DNA of 64,000 bases, taken from IMG/VR virus record IMGVR_UViG_3300033075_001228. One strand, given 5' to 3'. This DNA is from a virus (Duplodnaviria; Caudoviricetes). Every line of letters begins with the position of its first letter. The first letter of the stretch is position 1. The notes below the pieces were generated by a model. That model did no database searches. It was given only the letters and a program-made list of their open reading frames with translations, and had not been told where the DNA came from. Of the stretch, positions 50,549 through 57,725 are shown in pieces. Both the position numbers and the translations under genes were made by a program.

Positions 50549-51167
50549 ATTTGAAGTCATCGTGGCTGATCCAGCTTGGTCGTTTGATGATGAGTTAAAG
50601 AAGATGAAGTCAAAGACGCGTAGGTCTGCTGTTTCTCAGTATTCGACGATGTCGCTTAGCGAGATCTGCAGCATCCCGGTGTCGACTGTCGCAAATCCAC
50701 AAGGCTGCGTTCTAGCGCTATGGGTGCCGTCAACCCTTTTGCCGAACGGCCTTCAGGTCATGGAAGCATGGGGCTTCAAGCTAAAGCAGACCTTCATTTG
50801 GGTGAAAACGAAGAAGCCAAAGTTCATGAAGGAAGAACCTGTGACGTATGCTGACACCAACGATGCGTTAGCGTTTGGAATGGGAAGGCTGTTTCGTCAG
50901 GTCCATGAGCTAGCGTTGATTGGGACGTCTGGAAAGTCGGTGTATCCTTTGCTAGATGATCATTCGCAACGTTCAGTGATCATGGCACCAAACCTTGGTC
51001 ACTCACAAAAACCAAAGGAGCTTCAGGATCGTTTAGACGTCATGTTTCCTAACGCAAACAAGCTAGAGATGTTTGCCCGTCGTCAACGTCCTTCTTGGAC
51101 GTGTGAAGGCAACGAAATCGACGGCAAGGACATTCGAGTCGCTATACAAGATCTTTCGCAGCTATAG
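50541..51167 (+). CDS. MT-A70 family adenine methyltransferase
   Basis: 'VIVADPAW', 'Y.TM', 'LALW', 'AWGF...FIWVK', 'GMG', 'HSQKP', 'LEMFAR', 'GNE'. Confidence 0.85.
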   Translation: MAKFEVIVADPAWSFDDELKKMKSKTRRSAVSQYSTMSLSEICSIPVSTVANPQGCVLALWVPSTLLPNGLQVMEAWGFKLKQTFIWVKTKKPKFMKEEPVTYADTNDALAFGMGRLFRQVHELALIGTSGKSVYPLLDDHSQRSVIMAPNLGHSQKPKELQDRLDVMFPNANKLEMFARRQRPSWTCEGNEIDGKDIRVAIQDLSQL

Positions 51168-51193
51168 AATCAACCTCAGGCAAAGGAACCAAC

Positions 51194-51430
51194 ATGAGCA
51201 ACTACAGGTTAGCGGACAGCGTTTCAGCACGGCTGGTGCAGATTTTTCAGGAAGCGATCATGACGGGTGTAGACGGTGCTGACCTATTGAGGCAGGTACG
51301 TCTTGTTGTAGATGAATCAGACCCTGATGTTTTGGTGCTCTCACCTGAATACCAGAAACAGGTCAAGGAGTCGCATGAAAAGCTCCTTCAACAGGTGCCC
51401 GAGCTTTTACGTCAACGAAGCCAGCTTTGA
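51194..51430 (+). CDS. Hypothetical protein
   Basis: 78-aa ORF with AAGGA RBS. Confidence 0.6.
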   Translation: MSNYRLADSVSARLVQIFQEAIMTGVDGADLLRQVRLVVDESDPDVLVLSPEYQKQVKESHEKLLQQVPELLRQRSQL

Positions 51431-51521
51431 TTGGTTTGGTAGAAAATGTTGACATACCTAGCTGCGTTAAGCGTGGTGCTTTTTTGTGTGTTTGCGGTCA
51501 GCGAGGTTTCGAGAGGTTCTG

Positions 51522-51890
51522 ATGAGTGATAGGTTTAGCCAGATGTGGGAGCAGCAGCTTAGCTTTATGAAGCTGCTGCAGGAGAAGCGTAACTTCCCTC
51601 AGTTTCCCGCGGACATAACCTCTAAGCAAGGCCAGCAGTTCTTGAAGGACATCAGGAACCACCTCATGGAAGAGCTGTTCGAAGCGGGGCAGCATCTCAA
51701 AAACGCAAAGTCACACAGGGCGACCGAGCTTCCAGAAGTTGACCGTGAAGCCTACATTGAAGAGCTCGTTGATGCCCTTCACCTGTACATCGAGCTCGTG
51801 ATCGCAAGCGGTGTCACGGTGGATGAACTCCACGAGGCGTACATGAAAAAGGGAAACATCAACTTCGATCGAATCAAAGGTGGGTATTGA
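51522..51890 (+). CDS. All-alpha NTP pyrophosphatase (dimeric dUTPase/MazG-like)
   Basis: 'MEELFEA...EELVDALH...YMKK...N..R..GY'. Confidence 0.75.
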   Translation: MSDRFSQMWEQQLSFMKLLQEKRNFPQFPADITSKQGQQFLKDIRNHLMEELFEAGQHLKNAKSHRATELPEVDREAYIEELVDALHLYIELVIASGVTVDELHEAYMKKGNINFDRIKGGY

Positions 51891-51941
51891 ACGATGCTAC
51901 AATCCTGATCTAGAATTTGTTGCTCAAGCGAGTATGGGGTT

Positions 51942-52100
51942 ATGCTTACTAAGTTTGCAGATTTCTTGAAAGGCCTGTTCTGGCTTCCTAAACCAACAAA
52001 AGCGTTGCCTGTAGACCAAGAGATCGATGATTTGCTTGGAAGCACTAAATTGATGGCGAAGCTCAACGACGCTGAGTCGGTTGAGATCAAAAAAACATAG
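51942..52100 (+). CDS. Small hypothetical protein (52 aa)
   Basis: ORF below the track cutoff (MLTKFADFLKGLFWLPKP...), fills an intergenic gap. Confidence 0.35.
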   Translation: MLTKFADFLKGLFWLPKPTKALPVDQEIDDLLGSTKLMAKLNDAESVEIKKT

Positions 52101-52179
52101 CGCAGCCTGTTCAAGACACGCATAGTGTTTATCTTGTTGTTGTGGGTGATCTTGCCCACAAGAGAGGAGTGAAAACACC

Positions 52180-52590
52180 ATGCTAACCAAGTACTTTGAT
52201 TCCATGAGTAAACGAGACCCGTTTGATGGACTGTGGCGCGTTGGAATGCGTCGTGATCTCACCCATGACATTTTTGGTGGTCTGTTTGAGGACTTTCCAC
52301 CAAGGACCGCGAACACGATCAGCCATCGCATCGAAATGAACGAGAAAGAAATGATTGCGTCGTTTGACCTTCCCGGGGTGAAACCTGGCGACATTGAGGT
52401 TTCCGCCGTCGATCAACGTCTAACGATTTCGTATACGCTTCGCGGCAAGAAGCACACGCGAAACTATGACATCAACAACGACTATGACGCATCGGCAACG
52501 ACTGCTCGTGTCGAAAACGGGGTGCTTGAGCTGCGGTGTCCAATGATCACTCGAACAAAAGGGAAAAAAATCAACATTGAAGTAAAGTGA
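52180..52590 (+). CDS. Small heat-shock protein (Hsp20)
   Basis: 'DLPGVKPGDIEV...LTI...A.VENGVLEL..P...KKINI'; GAGGAG RBS. Confidence 0.88.
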   Translation: MLTKYFDSMSKRDPFDGLWRVGMRRDLTHDIFGGLFEDFPPRTANTISHRIEMNEKEMIASFDLPGVKPGDIEVSAVDQRLTISYTLRGKKHTRNYDINNDYDASATTARVENGVLELRCPMITRTKGKKINIEVK

Positions 52591-52637
52591 TCAGCTAAAC
52601 GTGCAAATGGGCACCGTGACCTATTACGATAGAGATC

Positions 52638-53255
52638 ATGGTGCCCTTCGTCGTTAACCCAACGAGCTACAACAAGGCTCAGGCGTTTGTCGCGGCTCAA
52701 AAGTACGTTGGTGACTTCTTGTCGCTCAACAGCCTTTGTGCGCCATCGAAGCTGATCACAGAGGCATTGACGGGCCACGAGAACAGGTGGCGCGACTATG
52801 GATGGTACAAGTTCGACACGACGGAGATGTTCGTCAACCTAAAGAAGTCGCGCCCGCCCGTCAAGACGCCCGGGTTTCAGTGGTCGTTCACGGGTTTCAA
52901 GGCCGACCTAACGGCACCCGGCATCCTGGCCCATGAGACTGGTCACCACATCCACAACATCCTCAACCCACGCGTTGGCTCTAAGGCCCTGATCAAGATG
53001 ATCAAGAAGTGCGCGGACGCCGAGCCTCATGTCTCCAGCTACGAACCTAACGCTCATGAGGTCTTCGCTGAAGCGATGCGCCTCTTTATCCTCAACCCCG
53101 AGCTGCTGCGAGAGGGGCGCCCAATCAGGTGGGCCTTGATCAACGGAGACCTGGGTTTGAAGCCACTGCACGCGGCGCCTTGGCGCGATGTGCTCGTTCA
53201 CGCTCACCCGCGGCTCATCGCTGCGGCCAAGTCCTGGATCGATCATGCACTTTGA
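52638..53255 (+). CDS. Putative zincin metallopeptidase-like protein
   Basis: 'ILAHETGHH' followed by 'SSY..N..EVFAE'. Confidence 0.65.
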   Translation: MVPFVVNPTSYNKAQAFVAAQKYVGDFLSLNSLCAPSKLITEALTGHENRWRDYGWYKFDTTEMFVNLKKSRPPVKTPGFQWSFTGFKADLTAPGILAHETGHHIHNILNPRVGSKALIKMIKKCADAEPHVSSYEPNAHEVFAEAMRLFILNPELLREGRPIRWALINGDLGLKPLHAAPWRDVLVHAHPRLIAAAKSWIDHAL

Positions 53256-54201
53256 TGTCGAAAAGCGAACAATTGCGTTGGTGAGGCACGGTAGCCATGC
53301 ATATGGGCTCAACGTGCCGACGTCTGACGAGGACTTCAAAGGTGTTTGCATCAAGCCCAAGGAGTGCTACTTCGGGTTCACCCGAACCTTCGAACAGCAC
53401 GAACACATGGGCTCCAAGAGCGACGGCGTCGACAAGGTCGTCTACTCGCTCGACAAGTTCGCCAAGCTGGCGGCTGACTGTAACCCGAACATCATCGAGG
53501 TTCTGCACGTTTCAGAATCGAGCGTGCTACGCCTCGACGAGTTTGGAGAGGAGTTACGAAGCATCAGGAACGAGTTCCTGTCGAAGAAGGCGAAATTCAC
53601 CTTTTCTGGTTACGCTCACGCGCAGCTAAACAGGATCAAGACGCACCGTTCGTGGCTGCTCAACCCACCCAAGGAAGTTCCAACACGAAAATCGTTTGGA
53701 TTGTCGGAGACGACAAAGGTGTCGACGTCCGAACTGGGCGCGTTCGATGCAGCGGTACGTGAGGGCATCGAAATCGAGATGACCAATGACATGCTGACCT
53801 TGTTCACCAGGGAGAAGCAGTACCAAGCAGCCAAGACGCGCTATGACCAATACGTCGGTTGGGTCAAGACACGTAACCCGGCTAGGGCTGAGCTCGAATC
53901 TAAGCACGGGTACGACACCAAGCACGGCATGCACCTGCTTCGTCTCATGCGAATGGCCAAGGAGATCCTGGCTGATCACGTTGTCTATGTCGACAGGCGA
54001 GCCAGGGGCGACCGCGACGAGCTCCTTGCCGTCAGGTTCGGTGACAGGTCGTACGACTCTTTGATCGAAGAGGCTGAACGTCTTGAAGCAGAGTGTGAAG
54101 AGCTGTATAAGACGTCGACCCTTCGAAAGGAACCGGACAGGAACATGCTTGACGCTGTGGTAATTGACATCACCGATCGTTACCTACGTATGCACGGATA
54201 G
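53245..54201 (+). CDS. Pol-beta superfamily nucleotidyltransferase (T4 nrdC.11/RlaP-like)
   Basis: 'GSHAYGL..PTSDED.KG', 'NPNIIEVL', 'GYDTKHGMHLLRL'. Confidence 0.85.
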   Translation: MHFDVEKRTIALVRHGSHAYGLNVPTSDEDFKGVCIKPKECYFGFTRTFEQHEHMGSKSDGVDKVVYSLDKFAKLAADCNPNIIEVLHVSESSVLRLDEFGEELRSIRNEFLSKKAKFTFSGYAHAQLNRIKTHRSWLLNPPKEVPTRKSFGLSETTKVSTSELGAFDAAVREGIEIEMTNDMLTLFTREKQYQAAKTRYDQYVGWVKTRNPARAELESKHGYDTKHGMHLLRLMRMAKEILADHVVYVDRRARGDRDELLAVRFGDRSYDSLIEEAERLEAECEELYKTSTLRKEPDRNMLDAVVIDITDRYLRMHG

Positions 54202-54210
54202 TTACTGCAC

Positions 54211-54522
54211 ATGCAGGTAAGTTTGCGTTTGCTTAAAGCTCTTATTAAAGAGGCTATGCAACCTAAGTCTAAGTTCGTTCCGTTGGGCAAAAGAGCGCCC
54301 ATTGAGCAGGCAACCTATTACGTTAAGTCAGCACGCAGCTGGTTAAAAGCAGGTGCGCCGATCTTAGCAGCGGAAGAACTTAACAATGCGTTAGCTATTC
54401 GTGATGGATCAGTTGCTTCGATCAGGCCTCTTTTGTTGAAGGCTAAACAACTTGCGTATGGGCCCTCGCCGAGAGCAGCAGACTATGTTGTTGATGACAT
54501 TTTGGCGATGCTTTTAGCCTAA
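54211..54522 (+). CDS. Small protein with shared N-terminal helix (MQVSLRLLKALIKEAM)
   Basis: Motif family member; ATAGTTA 6 nt upstream. Confidence 0.65.
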   Translation: MQVSLRLLKALIKEAMQPKSKFVPLGKRAPIEQATYYVKSARSWLKAGAPILAAEELNNALAIRDGSVASIRPLLLKAKQLAYGPSPRAADYVVDDILAMLLA

Positions 54523-54530
54523 GGCTAAAA

Positions 54531-54559
54531 GTGTACAAGAGACGTGCTTAGCTTACAGT
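54531..54559 (+). promoter_or_regulatory. Sigma70-like promoter for the 243-aa gene and downstream ncRNA
   Basis: GTGTAC-N17-TACAGT, matching the promoter family seen elsewhere in the window. Confidence 0.5.
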
Positions 54560-54584
54560 CATCCTTACGTAAGGAATCAAGAAC

Positions 54585-55316
54585 ATGACCAAGCTTTGCC
54601 AAGTCATTGCAGTTGAGAAGTCTGTCAAGAACAAGGCCCATGAAGGCATCACTGCAGCGTACCAGCGTATGCAGAAGCCAGCGTTGCTGGCGGGTATCTC
54701 ACGGACGTATCGTCCAAACGAGGAAGCTGGTGAGCAGCTTCCGTCTGAGTCGTCAAAGGTGCAGCTCAACGCAGCAGACCTTTTGAAGGACGTTGCGAAG
54801 GCGATGGTCGACCTGCTGGACGTCACGGCCACGAAGGACTCCGCGAACTGCCTCGCGAAGGCTGACGTTGTCGTCGGTGACGTTGTCCTTGCCAAGGAGG
54901 TTCCTGTCACCTACCTCATCTTTCTCGAGAAGAAGCTTGTTGACATCCATACGTTCGTCAGCAAGCTGCCGACGCTTGACCCGAGCGAGGAGTGGACGCT
55001 GGACCCAAACGTCGGTTGCTTCGTGTCGAAGCCGTCTGATACTGTCAGGACGAAGAAGGTGTTCGTGCCTCTCGTTTTGGCTCCAGCGACCGACAAGCAT
55101 CCTGCGCAGGTGAAAGAAGGCTTTGAAGATAAGCCTGTCGGCACCTGGCGTACCATCAAGTTTTCTGGCGCACTGCCTGCGCAGAAGGTCGCTGACATGC
55201 TAGAGCGCGTCGAGCGCCTGCAGAAAGCGGTGAAGTTTGCTCGTGAGGAGGCCAACTCTCGCGACGTTGACCAGGTGAAGGTCGGCGAGAAGGTGTTCAA
55301 CTTTCTGTTCGGTTGA
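54585..55316 (+). CDS. Hypothetical protein (243 aa) immediately upstream of the tRNA-like ncRNA
   Basis: AAGGA RBS; codon use looks like a highly expressed gene; helical ends with a central beta region ('ATDKHPAQV'). Confidence 0.85.
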   Translation: MTKLCQVIAVEKSVKNKAHEGITAAYQRMQKPALLAGISRTYRPNEEAGEQLPSESSKVQLNAADLLKDVAKAMVDLLDVTATKDSANCLAKADVVVGDVVLAKEVPVTYLIFLEKKLVDIHTFVSKLPTLDPSEEWTLDPNVGCFVSKPSDTVRTKKVFVPLVLAPATDKHPAQVKEGFEDKPVGTWRTIKFSGALPAQKVADMLERVERLQKAVKFAREEANSRDVDQVKVGEKVFNFLFG

Positions 55317-55327
55317 TCCGGACAGGA

Positions 55328-55522
55328 TTGCGCAAGCTGATAACATCAGTCTTACGCTAACAAAAGCACGATCCAGTGCAGGTTCGATTCCTGCCCCTCT
55401 CACCAAGGACGTGTACAGTCCTTGTAAAGCATCCAGGAAAGCTTGAAAAACATTTCCTGGGTCGACGAGAGGGTGGCGCAAATTGGCAGACGCTAGTGGT
55501 TCTTAACCTGAAGCTATCGCAA
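55328..55522 (+). ncRNA. Circularly permuted tRNA-like domain 1 (YrlA-like topology)
   Basis: T arm GCAGG-TTCGATT-CCTGC 55378-94; acceptor 3' strand CCCTCTC+ACCA 55395-405; then acceptor 5' strand GAGAGGG 55467-73 (7/7 pairs) and Leu-type D arm GCG-CAAATTGGCAGA-CGC 55476-93; closing stem 55328-38/55512-22. Confidence 0.85.
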
Positions 55523-55534
55523 CAGGTTTACTGA

Positions 55535-55765
55535 GTCGATACGGAGAACGTTCAATCGATCGCTAACAGGCTGAATTTACGTACCGATGAGGGTTCAAGT
55601 CCCTCCTGGACCTCCAAGCACGTCGATGCTGCGTCATTGATAGTGCCCTTGCCCAAGGTGATGCAGCATTCTTAGGCGTTCGGTTCGGTAGCTTAAAGGT
55701 AGAGCAGGCACGTCTAAGGGCTGACCCGTTGGCTTAAATGTGTGAACGACTCTTGATACATCGAC
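55535..55765 (+). ncRNA. Circularly permuted tRNA-like domain 2 (YrlA-like topology)
   Basis: T arm GAGGG-TTCAAGT-CCCTC 55589-605; CTGGACC+TCCA 55606-16; then GGTTCGG 55682-88 (7/7 with 2 G:U) and D arm GCTT-AAAGGTA-GAGC 55691-705; long closing rod out to GTCGAT/ATCGAC. Confidence 0.85.
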
Positions 55766-55792
55766 GATGACAATGTTTGTCATCAACAAACA

Positions 55793-55832
55793 GGGGGCCC
55801 GGGTAGGATACAACCGGGCCCTCGCTAATTTT
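55793..55832 (+). terminator. GC-rich hairpin ending the ncRNA unit
   Basis: GGGGGCCCGG...CCGGGCCCTC followed by GCTAATTTT. Confidence 0.65.
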
Positions 55833-55876
55833 ACGCACAGCAAGTCCAGGCCTGGTGCGTTGTAGTAGGGTTTCTT

Positions 55877-56131
55877 ATGAAGATTCGTTTCATCAAAGGC
55901 GTTAGGTTCAACAAGGGCTCGCTTCTGGGGCTGCGTTCCGAAACGTTTGCAGTTGACTTTGGCGTTTATCGTTGCTGCTTGGGCTCAGTCGAGAAGCTGG
56001 AGCCGTGTTACCTTCAGGAAGCGTCGCCAAACCAAGGCTGGATCTGGGGCCGCGCCGTGGAACGTTACGATAAGATGATCGATTACCTTGGTTTTGGTCC
56101 CGTCATGCTCTTTAGCTGGATTCCTAGATGA
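55877..56131 (+). CDS. Hypothetical protein
   Basis: 84-aa ORF. Confidence 0.45.
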   Translation: MKIRFIKGVRFNKGSLLGLRSETFAVDFGVYRCCLGSVEKLEPCYLQEASPNQGWIWGRAVERYDKMIDYLGFGPVMLFSWIPR

Positions 56132-56178
56132 AATTCGACTAGTGTAACTGTTGCCCAAGTAGTGTTACGATGGCTACA

Positions 56179-56679
56179 ATGGCTTTTTGTAATCTTCTGT
56201 GTAGGTGTGGCAAGTCCTGCGACAGACAGGATGATCACGGCGGCGATTGCGATTGTCGCGAGCCACATGCGTCTAGGTACGTCTTTTACGCCATTGCTAA
56301 CAGGCCCGATCTTGATGGCGCTAAGTGGTATCGCACGTACAGCCATCACAACGAGGCTGGCTTTGTTGACGACGTTGCTGACGCTAAGATCTGGGCGAGG
56401 AAGTCGCTAGCGCAAGGCAAGTGTACCCGCCTTGGGAACGAAGCGTATCTCATCGAGTTCGTCGTTGAGAAAGTCAACGTGGTCGACCAACGCGAACGAC
56501 TCAGGGAACTCGCTGAAAAGAAACGTCGAGCGGAAGAACAGCGACGCAAAACTCAAGCCGAGCGTGAGATCGATGATGCGCTGCGGGCCCTCAAGGCCTC
56601 GCAAGACAAGGTCGCCAGGTTGACCGGCGGCCACAAGTACGATGACCAGTGTGGTTGCAAGTCGTGCATGGGAATGTGA
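56179..56679 (+). CDS. Hypothetical Cys-rich protein with coiled coil
   Basis: Cys clusters at both ends; ATG 7 nt after a -10-like element. Confidence 0.6.
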   Translation: MAFCNLLCRCGKSCDRQDDHGGDCDCREPHASRYVFYAIANRPDLDGAKWYRTYSHHNEAGFVDDVADAKIWARKSLAQGKCTRLGNEAYLIEFVVEKVNVVDQRERLRELAEKKRRAEEQRRKTQAEREIDDALRALKASQDKVARLTGGHKYDDQCGCKSCMGM

Positions 56680-56690
56680 AAGAAGAAACA

Positions 56691-57701
56691 ATGCGAACTC
56701 TCTTTATTCTACGCGGGCTCCCGGGCTCAGGTAAGTCGACCCTTGCTGCGGAACTCATCCGCAAGGAACCCAATCGATGGATCCGTGTCAATAGGGATGA
56801 TTTGCGGTCTATGTGCGTGGGCCCGGGCAACAACCCGCACGCTCGAAACGATGACCGCGAGGAACTCGTTCGTGGCATGAAGGAGGCGCTCATGCGCCAG
56901 GCCTTTGACGCTGGTTACGACGTCATCCTGGATGACACGCATCTGGTCCCGATGACGGTGAAGAAGCTGCATCAGGCCGCAGCAGCGTACGGCGACGTCA
57001 AGGTCATCGAGAAGGGCGTCAACGTCGACATCAAGACCGCCATCGAGCGAGACTCGAAGCGGACGGGCTTCGCCCACGTCGGCGAGAAGGTGATCATGGA
57101 CATGGCGCGTGGAGCCGGCATCGACAAGGGCCGGAAGCTGAGCGATAAGGAAGCGTACTACGAACCGCGCCCGGGATCGTTCAAGGTCGAGCTTAAGCAG
57201 GATGAAAGCCTGCCTGCGGCGATCCTATGTGATCTTGACGGTACGCTTGCCATCATCAACGACAGGTCTCCGTACGATGCGACCGACTGCGACCTCAAGG
57301 ACAAGCCGAACTGGCCCGTGATCCGCACCGTCCTGGCGATGCACGCACGCGGCTACAAGATCGTGTTCATGTCAGGTCGAGACGAGAAGTATCGACCTGA
57401 GACTGTGCGCTTCATCAAGAAGTACTGCGTTCGTCAGAACAAGGAGAACGTCTTCTTCAACGGCAAGCCTGTTGCCGTCAACGAACCGATTGGTTTTGAG
57501 CTGCACATGCGCGGCGAGACGAACCCCGATCCGTCGAAGGCCGACATGCGCAAGGACGCTGTCATCAAGCAGGAGCTTTTCGACAGGTTTGTGCGCGGCA
57601 AGTACTACGTTGACTTCGTGCTCGATGACCGTGATCAAGTTTGCAAGTTGTGGAGAGAAATTGGCCTGACCTGTTTTCAGGTCAATTATGGTGCTTTCTA
57701 G
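56691..57701 (+). CDS. pseT: Polynucleotide 5'-kinase / 3'-phosphatase (T4 PseT-like)
   Basis: 'RGLPGSGKST...RDDLR' kinase; HAD 'DLDGTL', 'SGR', 'DDRDQV..WR.IGL.CFQV..GAF'. Confidence 0.9.
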   Translation: MRTLFILRGLPGSGKSTLAAELIRKEPNRWIRVNRDDLRSMCVGPGNNPHARNDDREELVRGMKEALMRQAFDAGYDVILDDTHLVPMTVKKLHQAAAAYGDVKVIEKGVNVDIKTAIERDSKRTGFAHVGEKVIMDMARGAGIDKGRKLSDKEAYYEPRPGSFKVELKQDESLPAAILCDLDGTLAIINDRSPYDATDCDLKDKPNWPVIRTVLAMHARGYKIVFMSGRDEKYRPETVRFIKKYCVRQNKENVFFNGKPVAVNEPIGFELHMRGETNPDPSKADMRKDAVIKQELFDRFVRGKYYVDFVLDDRDQVCKLWREIGLTCFQVNYGAF

Positions 57702-57725
57702 ACGATAGCAAACTAGTTACAAAAC

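Noticed and set aside
55467-55616. A conventional (intron-containing) tRNA built from the 5' half at 55467 and the 3' half ending at 55616
   Set aside because: GAGAGGG does not pair with CTGGACC. Each 5' strand pairs fully only with the 3' strand upstream of it, which supports permutation.
55320-55790. Two-piece tmRNA
   Set aside because: Neither acceptor stem has the Ala G3:U70 determinant, both have real D stems, there are two modules, and I see no tag ORF.
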